Source: Mobula hypostoma (lineage: Eukaryota). From it: DNA of 64,000 nucleotides. Positions 1 through 12,469 of this stretch are shown one piece after another. Both the position numbers and the translations under genes were made by a program. Each line of letters starts with the position of its first letter. Positions within the stretch are counted from its first letter, which is position 1. The DNA lies in NCBI RefSeq assembly GCF_963921235.1, contig NC_086098.1, positions 7,502,001 to 7,566,000 on the forward strand, given 5' to 3'. The notes under the pieces are model-generated. The model was not told the origin of the DNA. It saw only the letters and a program-made list of their open reading frames with translations, and made no database searches.

Positions 1-511
1 AGAGGGAGTACAAAGAAGGTTCACCAGATTGATTCCTGGGATGGCAGGACTTTCATATGAAGAAAGACTGGATGAACTGGGCTTGTACTCGTTGGAATTT
101 AGAAGATTGAGGGGGGATCTGATTGAAACGTATAAGATCCTAAAGGGATTGGACAGGCTAGATGCAGGAAGATTGTTCCCGATGTTGGGGAAGTCCAGAA
201 CGAGGGGTCACAGTTTGAGGATAGAGGGGAAGCCTTTTAGGACCGAGATTAGGAAAAACTTCTTCACACAGAGAGTGGTGACTCTGTGGAATTCTCTGCC
301 ACAGGAAACTGTTGAGGCCAGTTCATTGGCTATATTTAAGAGGGAGTTAGATATGGCCCTTGTGGCTACAGGGGTCAGGGGGTATGGAGGGAAGGCTGGG
401 GCGGGGTTCTGAGTTGGATGATCAGCCATGATCATAATAAATGGCGGTGCAGGCTCGAAGGGCCGAATGGCCTACTCCTGCACCTATTTTCTATGTTTCT
501 ATGTTTCTATA
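1..511 (+). mobile_element. CR1 LINE 3' fragment (ORF2 C-terminus and 3' UTR), young subfamily
   Basis: ORF 29-412 ...LGLYSLEFRRLRGDLIETYKILKG...RTRGHSLRI...RKNFFTQRVV..WNSLP is the typical CR1 ORF2 C-terminus; ends in a (TTTCTATG)n tail; near-identical to the copy at 15640-16156. Confidence 0.93.
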
Positions 512-670
512 ACCACGCATTACAAGAGTGATGTGTGAAAGAGCACTTCTGAATGCACATCTTGTCGAATCATGAAGTGGACGGGCTACAGCAGCAGCAG
601 ACCATGAATGTACACTTGGTGCAACTTTATTGGGCACAGGAAGGATCTTATAAAGTAGCCACAGAGTGTA
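512..670 (+). mobile_element. Tc1/mariner non-autonomous element, terminal fragment
   Basis: Homologous to the Tc1 copy at 40712-41265, including the degenerate double-TIR palindrome tacact..actttatt../..taaagtagccacagagtgta. Confidence 0.7.
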
Positions 671-829
671 TCCCTTCAGTAATTTTAATTGTGCTTCAAG
701 TAGGCTCCGTGCTAGTGTAGGAAAGAGGAAGGGAACTGGAGGACTATGATGGGCAGGTGAGAATAGAAGGGGAAAGAGGGGAACCAGGGAGGAAAGGAGG
801 AGGAAAGGAAGAGGAATTGCTGAGGGTTA

Positions 830-1125
830 CAGAAATCGAAGTCAGAGGCTGCACAGATGGAATATGATGTGTTGATCCTCCAACTTCAGCGGCAGCAGAG
901 GTGACATGTCAGAACGGGAATGTGGAGTTGAACTGAAGTGGGTAGTCACTGGGATATTCTGCCTTTTCTAGCGGATCGAGTGAAGGTGCTCGATGAACCA
1001 GTCCCCCAATCTGTGACAGAACCCTCCGATGTAGAGGAGGCCACACCAGGAGCACCAGATGTAGTAGATGACTCCCACAGGCTCGCAGGTGAAACGTCAC
1101 CTTACCCGGAAGGACTGTTTGAAGG
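830..1125 (-). mobile_element. Degenerate Penelope-like GIY-YIG region
   Basis: Reverse complement resembles the GIY-YIG-coding segment at 43265-43660 (cttccgggtaaggtgacgtttcacctgcgagcc, ttcaactccacattccc). Confidence 0.6.
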
Positions 1126-1499
1126 ATTATATGCTGAAAACTACAATAAATTTAAAAAGAACACACTGCTTAAGGACTTCATATTCCAGCAAAGCCTAAC
1201 CATAACTATTTGTATGTGCTTAAGCCATTTGCAAGGTATTGTACTCCTCGGAAATTCATTTAGCTGCAGGCATTCACTGTAGAACAAAGGAATACAACAC
1301 AATCAATACAAAAAACTGCACAAGAACAAAGACTGGCAAACAATCAATGTGCAAAAGACAACAAACTATACAAATGTAAAAATAATAATAAATAACACTG
1401 AGAACATGAGATTGACCGTGTGACCATGGGTAGTGGAATCAGTTCATTACTGACCAAAGCGTTGTGCTGACCTTTTAGCCTTTTAGGTAATAATTTATT

Positions 1500-1893
1500 T
1501 ATTTTATTTTATTTGGAGATACAACATGGACAGACCCTTCCAGCCCAACAAGCTGCACTGTGCAGCAGCCAACCTACTTAACCCCAGTGCAATCACGGGA
1601 CAATTTACTAACTAACCTGCTAACCTGTTACTAACTAACCTGTTAACTGGTGCATCTAGGACTGTGGGAGGAAAGCAGAGCTCCCAGTGGAAACCCACGC
1701 TCTCATGGGAAGGACATATGAACATAGAGTCATGCAGTCATAGAAGTGTACAGTACAGAAACAGGCCCTTCGGCCCATCCAGTCCATGCTGCGCCATTTA
1801 AACATCTGACTGAGTACGCCAGAATTGAAATCCAAACTCCGACAGCCCAAGCTGTAACAGCAGCGTGCAAACTGCTATGCTGTCATGGTGCCC
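1500..1893 (-). mobile_element. tRNA-derived V-SINE/HE1-like SINE interrupted by a short CR1 tail (~1725-1800)
   Basis: Minus strand has a tRNA-like head, a V-domain-like core (gcgtgggtttcc...ttcctcccacagtcc) and a (TAAA)n tail. Confidence 0.6.
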
Positions 1894-2294
1894 CTCGGAA
1901 ATAAAATCTTTCAAAATGTTCTGATTGACACCTGTAAAGAGGGGCAACAGTTATGTTGATTAATATGGCTGACAAAAGGTTGATCACAGAAAATAAGCAC
2001 TCTGTTCAATATCTAATCAAGCATCAGCAAATAAGCTGATTTTGATGAACTGAAAATTACTTCAAAAATTGCTCAGAACAATTTGTTAGTTATATTGCAA
2101 GTAGTTGTAAGTTTCTCAATTTTAAAAGGTGCCACAGGGTGCCCGTGTGCCATAGAAAATCAGCATGAATCTATACAGTCTCCTCGAGGCCTATAAATAT
2201 GCAGAATTAGTTGAAATGGCAAACAGCGATTAGCTTGATCTGGGAGCATGTACTGTTTGGGTGTTTTGATAGCTATTTCTAAAATAGTTCTGAA

Positions 2295-2484
2295 ATCATT
2301 AGTTAAGTGCCATGTCTTATGACGTGGGCAATCATGGTCTTTCCAAGACTATGATTATTCTTGGCAAATTTTTCTACAGAAGTAGTTTGTCACTGCCTTC
2401 TTCTGGGCGGTGTCTTTTCAAGACAGGTGACCCCAGCCATAATCAATACTCTTCAGAGATTGTCTGCCTGGCGTTAGTGGTCGC
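2295..2484 (-). mobile_element. SINE-like repeat fragment with RTE-type tail
   Basis: The block tcttcagagattgtctgcctggc..agtggtc recurs at 41545-41820; related pieces at 19430-19630 and 45900-46000. Confidence 0.5.
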
Positions 2485-3303
2485 TTCAGGAGAAAGAGAG
2501 ATAAGGGAAACAATGGAGCAGCATTTGGAGATGTTAATGAAGGGACGGGAGAGTTTAATGGAAGGAGAGCTGTCAAGACCAGCTCCCCCTTTGAACCCCG
2601 AACTGTTTGAAGTGATGGACAGGTGATACCCCAGCAGGGGGATAAAAAGGGACAGGTTCGCTAAGGCAGGACACCCACGACTCCCCGAGGTAACGAGACC
2701 CTGGAAGCGGTGCGTCTCCTACAAGTCGGTGGGAAGTTTTGGAAGGCTGGTCACGGGACCAAGCCATAGACGCATAGGGTGGAAAGGCACGATCAGTGGG
2801 AACCTGGTGTGTGTCCGCCCTTGCCTGGGTGCCAGGTTCACTGCAGAGAAATGATTGTATCTGGAAACGGAGGGGTCATGGTCGGTGACCTCAGAAGACA
2901 TCACAAAGGGCTCGCCCGAAAGCTGACTGCGAAGAATATCGAACGTCTGTGTGGAAGCCGTTTGAATATTCATTCGTTTTGCTCTCTCTCTCCTTCCCCC
3001 CACTGTCCATCTCCCACAGCAGTGATTACTGCGAACTGAACTGAATTCAATTGAACTGAACTTTGCGTCACTTTGAAACTGGTCATTTACCCCTAGACGA
3101 TGATAGAACTTGATTGATCCTGTTATCCTAATTCTGTGTACATGTGTGTTTATCATTGCTGAACTGTTGCATTTATTATCCTTTTGATTAGAATACTGCG
3201 TTGTTTGTTTCTTTAATAAAACTTCCTTAGTTCTAGTAATCCAGACTCCAACTGAGTGATCCATTTCTGCTGGTTTGGCAACCCAGTTACGGGGTACGTA
3301 ACA
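2485..3303 (+). repeat. 5' LTR (5'-truncated) of Gmr1-like Gypsy element
   Basis: TATA-like ggataaaaaggg (~2640), AATAAA (~3215), ends ...gtacgtaaCA directly before a PBS and gag. Confidence 0.8.
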
Positions 3304-3307
3304 TAAG

Positions 3308-3326
3308 TGGGGTTCTCATCCGTGAT
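3308..3326 (+). promoter_or_regulatory. Primer-binding site, degenerate tRNA-Pro type
   Basis: TGGGGTTCTCATCCGTGAT versus canonical tRNA-Pro PBS TGGGGGCTCGTCCGGGAT, 4 nt after the LTR end. Confidence 0.7.
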
Positions 3327-3402
3327 TTTGAACGCTAAATTTGGGACGGAGTAAATTGATTGGGTTAAAATTCCCGAAAGAAAGAAAAGACAAACAGCAG
3401 AA

Positions 3403-6400
3403 ATGAAGGTTGAGGAATTTATAAAAGTGCCAACCTTGGAGGCATTAGAGGATGCCAGGAAAGCGGAATTCGTAGCTGTGGCCAAACAGTTGAATCTTGC
3501 TAAGGGGAAGTTGACAATGAGGAGAGAGGAGATACACAGAGCTGTCGTAGAGCACAATGTATCTAAAGGTGTGTTTCCCCAAGGGGAGTTGGAGGTGGTG
3601 TCTATTGAAAAACCTGCTGGAGACGCGGTACAGGTGCAGCTTGAAAAACTGAGACTTGAGCATGAGTTCCGAGTACGGTAGTTAGAACACGAAGAGAAGC
3701 AGTTAGAAAGGCAGGAGAGAGAGTTAGAAAGGCAGGAGAGAGAGAGAGAGAGACAGTTGGAGCGAGAGGAGAAACAGAGGGAAAGGGAATTCGAGCTGGA
3801 GAAGTTAAAGATAAGGGCAGAGCAGGGGCCCGTGCCGAACCAAGGTGGAGGGTTCCGGGCGACCCAGGAGGTTAGGCTGGTTCCCCTATTTGACGATACC
3901 GACGTGGATTGGTACTCTCTCCATTTCGAAAAAGTTGCTACCAGTCAGGACTGGCCGAGGGATAAGTGGGCTGTTTTGCTTCAGAGTGTACTGAAAGGGA
4001 AAGCCCAACAAGCTTACTCAGCTTTGTCCGCGGAAGATGCCCAGAGGTATGAGATGGTGAAAGAGGCCATCCTCAGGATTTAATAGTTGGTCCCGGAGGC
4101 ATACCGGCAGAGGTTCCGGAATGCGAGGAAGCAGTGGGACCGCACGTATTTAGAGTTTGCCCGTGAGATGCAGATGTATTGTGAGCGTTGGTGTGCCTCG
4201 AAGGGGGTAGAGGGGGATTATGACAGACTGCTACAGCTGATCCTGATTGAGCAGTTTAAAGGTTGTGTCCCTGAGGGTATGAGACCCTACATAGATGAGA
4301 AAGAGGCAGCCATGTTAGCCGCAACTGCTAAGTTGGCGGATGAGTACGCGTTGACACATAAAATGAAGTTTGCCCCGAGTAAAGGCTACCAGAAGGGTCG
4401 TCAGGACAGCGGGGAGAGTCCGCCAGAAAAGTCAGTAAGTAAGCCGGGGACTCGTGAAAAGGATAAGATAGACCGGGAACAGTTTGGTAGGAAGTCTCCT
4501 GGGGTCGTCTGTTATAATTGTGGGAAAGTCGGACACTTTGCGTCCAGGTGCTTTGCCCCAAAGAAGGAGACGGGAAAAGGAAAAACGGGGGTTCCGAATG
4601 GCTGTATTGAGCCGGCAAACCAACCTCCAGGAGAGAGGAGGTCAGATAAAGTTCAGGAAGGGCGCGAGAGGTTTATCTCGGCCGGATTGGTGTCGGTGAA
4701 GGAGGGGTTAAACCCAGTTCCAGTACGGATCTGGAGAGACACGGGAGCTTGTCAGTCACTGATCTTGAGGAGTGTTTTAGACTTTAGTTCAGAGACCGAG
4801 ACTGGGGAGGTCAGTGTGATCAAAGGCATTGGAAAGGGGACGGAAGCCGTGCCTTTGCACCAGATACACCTACAAAGCAATTTGGTCTCTGGACTAGTCA
4901 CGATCAGGGTGAGGCCTGAATTACCGATGAAAGGCGTGGAAGTCTTGCTCGGTAATGACCTCACCGGGGGAATCGTGTTCCCAGCCGTGAGATTGAGAAG
5001 TCAGCCTGCCAGCATTGAGGCCCCGCCCATGGACTCGCAGGTTTATCCCGTTTGCGCAGTAACTCGACGGATGTCGAGGAAGGCTGAAGAGGCTGAGATA
5101 CAGCTAGCTGAGACGTTTCTGCCAGCCTTGTACGAGGAGGGGGTAGAAAGTGAAAAGGAGGAGCGTGGTGGAACAAGAGGAGGTGACGGGGCTGAGGCAG
5201 ACTTAGCATTAGCCAGGAAGGACTTTATACAGGCACAAGAGCGAGACAAGGAGCTGATGGATTTGGCGAAGACAGCTTTCTCTGAAGCAGAATTAAAAAG
5301 GGAGCCAGTGGGCTATTATGTAAGGGAGGGAGTACTAATGAGGAAATGGAGACCACGTACTGTGCCAGCAGATGAGGAGTGGGGAGTTGTACACCAGGTG
5401 GTAGTGCCAAAAATTTATAGGGGTGAGATTATTAACCTGGCCCACAAAGTACCCCTCGGTGGACATTTTGGGGTGAGGAAGACAGTCGACAGAATTATGA
5501 AAGAGTTTTACTGGCCGAATATGAGGAAAGATATTGTTGAATATTGTAGGCGATGTCATTTATGTCAGGTGGTGGGAAAACCAAATCTGGTCCTGCCTAA
5601 GGCGCCCCTTCGACCGATACCCGCTTTCGGGGAACCTTGCTCTCGAGTAATTGTGGATTTTGTCGGTCCCCTGCCCAGAACTGCGAGTGGGCGAGAATAT
5701 GTGATGACTATGATGTGCGCTGCCACCAGGTTTCCAGAGGCTGTGCCCCTGGCCAGCGTAAAGGCTCCCGCAGTGGTAAAGGCGCTTGTGAAATGTTTCA
5801 CTACGGTGGGGCTGCCCAGGGAAATCCAGTCGGATCAGGGGAGTGTCTTCACATCTCACACCTTCCGACGGATGTTGGATGAGATGGGAGCAAAGCAGAT
5901 TTTGGCCTCCGCGTACCACCCTGAGTCACAAGGGGCGTTGGAACGATTCCACGCCACATTAAAGACCATGATTAAAATTTACTGTCAAGAAAACGCTAGG
6001 AGCTGGGATGATGCTTTGCCCCTCCTCTTATTTGCCGTGAGGGACACGGTTCAAGAGTCATTGGGGTTCAGCCCATTCGAGCTCATCTTTGGTCATCGGC
6101 CCAGAGGACCCCTGACCTCACTAAAAGAGCAATGGTCCAGCCCGGCCGTCCAGGTTACTGTGATTGATAACGTTTTAAAATTTCGTGAGAGGCTTGAAAG
6201 GATCTGTGACTTTGCAAAAGAAAATCTGCGACACTCACAGACTAAAATGAAAAAAAATGGTATGATAGGCGTGCCCGCGAAAAAGTGTTCCAAGTGGGCG
6301 ATCGGGTCTTAGTTCTGTTCCCAGTGGTAGCCAACCCCCTCCAGGCGAGATTCCACGGTCCGTACAAGGTAATTAAAAAGATAGACCCTTTGAATTATGT

Positions 6401-7752
6401 TATCGAAACGCCGGACAGGCGCAAACCCACACAATTGGTACACATTAACATGTTAAAAGCCTACCACGATCAGAAAGAAAACCCGTTGGTGTTATCACGG
6501 AAATTAATGAGACTGGGGTGTCGATTGAGACGGGGAAAACCCATCTCGAGAAGATGAATATGGTGCCGACCCGATTGGAGAACTCTATTGTTCTGGCTAA
6601 GTTTGCTGATAAGGTCTCTCACCTAACCCCCGAACAAAGCGGGCCGCTTATAAAGCTAATTCACCGGGACGCAGATGTATGTCCCGATGTCCCGAGGCGA
6701 TGCAAAGGGACGGTGCATGATGTTGCGGTCACCTCAGACCAGCCTATTAAACAACACCCCCATAGGATGAACTTGGAGAAGGGCAAGCTCGTGGAGAAAG
6801 AAATTTAACACATGCTAGCCACAGATATTATTAGGCCATCCAAGTCGGAATGGGCGTCCCCCTGTGTGGTTGTCCCGAAAGCCGATGGGAGCATCCGATT
6901 CTATACAGATTACAGAAAGTTGAATGCTATCACGAAAACTGATGCTTACCCCATCCCAAGGGTAGACGATTGCATCGATAAAGTGGGGAGAGCTACGTAC
7001 ATCACCAAGATCGATTTGCTGACAGGGTTCCTTTAACCGACCGGGCTAGAGAAATCTCGGCATTTGTCACTCCCTCCGGTTTATATGAGTATAATGTTCT
7101 ACCTTTTGGCATGAAAAACGCCCCAGGGACCTTCCAGAGGATGATTAATTCAGTAATAAAGGGACTCAGGAACACAGAAGCATATATTGATGATTTAGTG
7201 GTCTGGAGTGACACGTGGGAGGAGCACATTGTGGCGGTAGAGGAGCTGTTTAAACGGCTGTCCGAAGCCAACCTGACAGTGAACCTCGCAAAAAGTGAGT
7301 TCGGCCACGCGAAGGTGACTTGTCTGGGATTTGTGGTAGGACAGGGGCAGCTGGCTCCGATGCAGGCTAAGGTGCGGGCTATCTCGGAGGTCCCCACCCC
7401 GACAGACAAGAGAGCCCTGAGAAGGTTCTTGGGGATGGTGGGGTACTATAGGAGGTTTTGCAAAAACTTTGCGGATATTTCCCTCCCGCTCACTAAGCTT
7501 TTGCCAAAGAATGCGAAGTTTGTGTGGAACGACCTTTGCCAACAAGCCTTCCAGAGTCTGAAGGCGATTCTGTGTCACCATCAACAGATGCTAGCGACGA
7601 AGCTGCCGGGGCAGTGCTGTTGCAGACCGACAAAGAGGGGGTTGAGCACCCGGTCGCTTACTTTTCCAAGAAATTTAATATCCATCAGAGAAATTATTCC
7701 ACTGTGGAAAAGGAGTTACTGGCCATCATACTAGCATTGCAACATTTTGAAG
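3403..7752 (+). pseudogene. Gmr1-like Gypsy gag-pol: SCAN-like Gag, CCHC knuckle, protease, integrase, RT, RNase H (disrupted)
   Basis: VPEAYRQRFR..LLQLILIEQF (SCAN-like); CYNCGKVGHFASRC; RDTGA protease; integrase H..GHFG..CRRCHLC / DFVGP / SDQG / ERFH and GPY; then RT WASPCVVVPK..DYRKLN..YIDD and RNase H TDASD..EKELLA. Stops at 3679 and 4081, frameshifts near 6250, 6490, 7025 and 7580; 3'-truncated at a CR1. Confidence 0.93.
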
Positions 7753-8425
7753 TCGCGTATATCTGTGGTAAAGGAGGCAAATGCAATATTGGCATTTATT
7801 TCAAGGAGAATAGAATATGAAAGCAAGGATCTAATGCTGATCCTTTATAAGACACTAGTTAGGCAGCACTTGGAGTATTGTCAACGGTTTTGGGCCCTAT
7901 ATCTCAAAAAAAGATGTGTTGTCCTTGGAGAAAGTCCAGAGGAGGTTCACAAGGATGATTCTGGTAATGTAGGGGTTAACATATGAAGAGCATTTGGCAG
8001 CTTTGGGCATGTACTCACTGGAATTTAGAAGAATATGGGGCACCAAATTGAAACCTACCAATTGTTGGAAGGACTAGATAGGGTGGATGTGGAGAGGGTG
8101 TTTCCTGTGGTGGGGTATCCAGAACTAGAGAGCGCAGCCTCAAAATTGAGGGCTGACCTTTTAGAACAGAGATACAAGGAAATTTTTTTTTGGCAGAGAA
8201 TAGTGAATCTGTGGAATGCTCTGCAAGAGACTGTGGTGGAGGCCAGGTCCATGGGTACATTTAAGGTGGAAGTTGATCGTTCCCTGATCAGTCAGGGCAT
8301 CAGAGGATATGGTGAGAAGGCATGTGTATGGGGTTGAGTTGGAACAGGGATCAGCCATGGTGAAATGGCAGAGCAGACTGGACGGGCTGAATGGCCTAAT
8401 TCTATCTTAAGATTTTATGGTCTCA
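7753..8425 (+). mobile_element. CR1 LINE 3' fragment
   Basis: VVKEANAILAFISRRIEY..LYKTLVRQHLEYC and RIVNLWNAL, followed by a CR1 3' UTR. Confidence 0.88.
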
Positions 8426-8647
8426 TTGTAATTTATAGTTTTTTTATTATTATGTATTGCAATGTACTATTGCCACAAAACATCAAATTTCATGACATAT
8501 GCCAGTAACATTAAACCGGATTCAATTCTGACTGCAGAAACATGAAGTCTGGGCTATGAGTTTAAGGCAGGCCAGCAAAAATCCAGGAACAGTTAGAGGG
8601 AATGAAATTATTGAGCTCTTAAAACCAAGAATGCCTGCTTATTTCAG

Positions 8648-8693
8648 CAACTGTCTGCTGACGAGTCGTCGCCCTGTGTGGGATGTGGTGGAG
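8648..8693 (+). CDS. Candidate host internal exon (46 nt), gene unidentified
   Basis: ttatttcAG|CAACTG...GTGGAG|GTaaat in apparently non-repeat sequence; three CpGs retained; two open frames (NCLLTSRRPVWDVVE or QLSADESSPCVGCGG). Confidence 0.3.
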
Positions 8694-9159
8694 GTAAATG
8701 GCTATTTCTCAACTGCCAGGGTATCAGGTGAAGAAGAGATAATGCCTTTTTCACATCTATCATAGCTTTGAGAGGTTGGTTCAAGATAAATGGAAATTCT
8801 ATACAAGTAAAGCACTTTATTGTCCACAGGGCTGCCTGTAAGTGAAAACTAAATTCTAGTTTTTCCCCGCAGTGCCTAACAGTTCGGATAACAGACACTG
8901 CCATGATCTCACCCTTCAATTCACTAAGTTAGAATTTATTATATTTTCAATTACTTGAAATAGTCAAATTCAGATACTGGTAATTTATTCTAGTGTAAAT
9001 AGATCCCAGATGTAACTAACTCTTTATTATGTCTCTATTAGCTCTGGGTTTAGTCAAAGCTGTCACACAGGGATAACATATCCATTTCTGACGGAGGGAC
9101 AAAATGAAATGGTCATTAGATTTCCGCATTTTAATTTCCCCTTCACTAAGTTTTCACAT

Positions 9160-9752
9160 AAGACCATAAGATATAGTAGCAGAATTAGGCCATTTGGCCC
9201 ATCAAATCTGCTCCGCAATTTCATCATGGCAGATCCAATTTTCCTCTCAGCCCCAGTCTCCTTCCTTTCCCCCGGGTGTCCCTTCATGCCCTGACCAGTC
9301 AAGAACCTATCTATCTTTTCCTTAAATATACACAAAGACTTGGCCTCCACAGCTGCCTGTGGCAATGAATTCCACAGATTCTCCTCTCTCTGGCTAAAGA
9401 AATTCCCTCACATCTCCATTCCAAAAGGATACCCCTCTATTCTGAGGCTGTGTCCTCTGGTCTTAGACTCTCCCACCACAGGAAACATCTTCTCCACATC
9501 CACTCCAGCAAGGCTTTTCACCATTCATAGGTTTCAGTGAGGCTTCTCACTCATCTAAATTCCAGTGAGTACGGTCCCAGAGTTATCAAGTGCTCCTCAT
9601 ATGACAAGCCATTCAATCCTGGAATCATTTTCATGAATCTCCTTTGAATCCTCTTCAGTTTCAGCTCATCCTTTCTAAGATAAGAGGCCTAAAACTATTC
9701 ACAATACTCTAAGTGAGGCCTCAACAGTGCTTTATAAAGTCTCAACATTACA
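9160..9752 (-). mobile_element. CR1 LINE 3' fragment
   Basis: Reverse complement of CR1 ORF2 end and 3' UTR; cataagaccataaga tail. Confidence 0.85.
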
Positions 9753-9984
9753 TATAAGTTTAAGTTATTATGATAAACATGGTATAAATTTTCCTCTTCC
9801 TTGAAGTACCATAACTTCCTGCACTTTTGAATACTTCTATTATATTCCCCCTTAATGTTCTCTATACGAAGGAGAATGCTTTCAGATTTTCATCAGCTGA
9901 AGCTCCTCATCCCAGGTCTCAGGTATCATGCTGATGAACCCCTTTATGATGTCTCCAAGAAAGACATATAAAAAAATTAAGACT

Positions 9985-10480
9985 ATAAGATCAATAGACA
10001 TAGGAGCAGAATTAGGCCATTCAGCCCATCAAGTCTGCTCCGCCATTCTATCATGCTGATTTATTATCTCTCTCAAACCCATTCTCCTGCCTTCTCCCCA
10101 TAACCTTTGTAGCCCCCCGGCCACCCTCAGGGTCGCTCGGCTCACTGTCGTCTAGGGAAACAGCCCTCAGCCCCGCTAAACTGGGTAATTAGTTTGTGTG
10201 GATGCTGTGTGATGTACCCCACCCCGCCCAAATAACAGACAATACACCAGATACGATTAAATGATTAACAGTTTATAGATATTACTGGAACTATATAATT
10301 AATAGAGAATAAAATATAAAAGGAAAATAAAAGGCACCACACTTATCCAATGCCCTTACTAATCAAGAAACTATCAACCTCCACTTTAAATGACTTGGCC
10401 TCCACCGCCATCCTTAACAACGGATTCCACAGACTCGCTATCCTCTAGCTAAAGAAATTCCTCCTATTTTTGTTTTGAAG
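9985..10480 (-). mobile_element. CR1 3' end interrupted by an LTR fragment (10108-10346)
   Basis: CR1 tail on the minus strand; the insert tgtagcc..gtctagggaaacagcc..aaactggg..gtggatgctgtgt resembles the start of the LTR at 21514. Confidence 0.7.
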
Positions 10481-11361
10481 CATGGGTTCCCAACCTGGGG
10501 TTCATAGTCCACTTGGTTGATGGTTAAGGGTCCATGGTAGGGAGCCCCTGTTTAAAGGGACATCCTTGAATTAAATTAAATAACTTGTGTAAAAAGAGAA
10601 CAAAGATAGTGAGGAGGTGTTCAGGGTTGGTCTACAAAGTCGTATTTTTCTTCTGAAATTAACGTCCAATTTACTCACTTTGAAAAGCTAATTAAGAGTT
10701 AACTGCCATTTGAATTCAAGAGTAAACATGCTAAAAGCAGATTTCTAATTAATTCTAGTGAGTAAGCAAATTTTGCCAGGAGCATTGCGATGATCAGCCT
10801 GACTCCTGACTCCCATTTCACAGGAGATAGTGTAGGCATCTCAACGGAAGTTACACAATGTAGGTGATCAGTTTGGATAGGAAAAGTGATGGCCCTGTAC
10901 TGGAGCAGGATTTTTATTGGTTCAAATTGGCAAAAAGAGCATACACAAAGAAAACATGAATAATATTGAGCACGTTATCAATTTGTGCAGATCTCTCAAA
11001 TCACGATCAATAGCTTTGATTAAGTAGTTTAATTGAAAATTCCTTTCCAATGTATTCGGGATCTTAGGGATTCTAGATATTTAGATTAAGATGACCTCTT
11101 TTGCATTCACAATTAAGGAAAACAATTAACTGAGTAATTAAAACATGGAACAACTTTGCACACCAGAGAAGACATCAATCTCAACCGATCCTCAAAAACA
11201 GTGAAACTGTGTAAATAATCTAACCATGATCAAACTACACTTCTGCATGCTTGTTAAAAGTGGTTGTTGTACTTTGTGTGAAATGTTCAACAGGCAATGA
11301 GGACTCGATTCCCTGGAGTGTAAGAGAGTGAAAGGAGATTTGATGGAGGTATACAAAATTA

Positions 11362-11624
11362 CAAAATTTAGATCCTTAATGAGAACATTAAATGAGAAGA
11401 AACTTAAGTCCCTGGGCCATGTCATCAGAAAGGGAGAAATAGAATGCCTTACATTATAAGGATGGGAAACGCGGAAGAGGAAGGCAAAGAAGAAAATATA
11501 TGGACACTGTGAAAGAACTAACAGATCTAAGTGTGCAAGATATCATTGACGCTGCATGGGATCATTCCATGCGGAGAGCCATGATCGCCCAAGCTTGTAG
11601 CACGCAAGGCACAAGAAGAAGAAG
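11362..11624 (+). mobile_element. RTE LINE 3' end inserted in a CR1 fragment (~11280-11710)
   Basis: GRQRRKYMDTVKELTDLS..DIIDAA..RAMIAQAC matches the RTE end at 36900-37205; (GAA)n tail; TSD atacaaaatta at 11351-11361 and 11625-11635. Confidence 0.85.
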
Positions 11625-12469
11625 ATACAAAATTATGGGGGATATAGATAGGGTTAATGCAAGCAGGCCTTTTCCGCAGAGGTTGTATGAGACTAGAATT
11701 AGAGCAAAGGATCAAAGGTTCAAAGGTTCATTTATTATTGAAGTATGTATCCATATACAACTCTGAGATTTGTCTTCTCCAGATAGCCACAAAGAAAAAA
11801 CATAAAAATCATTCAGAGAAAAACATCAAAACCACCCCTGCACAGAACGGAAATTCCACCCCCCATACAAAATGGAACAAGAATATCAACCTTCAAACCC
11901 CCCTCCCCCTAAACAAAACAGGACAAGAAAATCAACCCCAAATCTCCACCCCTCTCACAACAAAACAGGAAGAGATCTGTGAAAAACACAGTATATAAAA
12001 TCTAAAATTCAGAGAAGGTCCACAGCCCATAAAAGCAATAGCCCAATCCAAAATGCAGAACCATGGTAACATCTTCCTTTGCCAATGAAGAGAGAGTCAC
12101 CACATGAACGCAGAGTCCTACCCGCCAACAACAGCGAGCTATACAGCGATAAGCCAATGACAGACTCTTTCTCAGCGGCAATCAAAAGGAAGGCAGAAGG
12201 TGGTTCAGTCGTATGTGTTGCTCCCTTGTAACTCCACGAGCCCAGTTTCAATCTTGATCTTGAGTGCTTTCTGCATGTTCTTCCTCTGGCTATGTTGCTT
12301 TTCCTCTGGGAGCTCTGCTTTCTTTTCAAAACTATGCAAGTAGATTAGAATCAAAATCAGAATCAGATTTAATATCACTTACATATGTCATGAAAATTGT
12401 TGTTATATATACCACAAAAAGTATTTGCATAGTTACAGAGCAACAACATACCAGTAACTGAACCAACCG

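Noticed and set aside
4087..6312. 741-aa ORF as an intact or domesticated gene
   Set aside because: It starts at a non-ATG codon after in-frame stops, is followed by frameshifted RT/RNase H and sits behind an LTR and PBS; it is a decaying retrotransposon segment.
10824..10863. Possible exon cAG|GAGATAGT...TGTAG|GTgatc
   Set aside because: Weak donor site, unrecognisable peptide and no other support.
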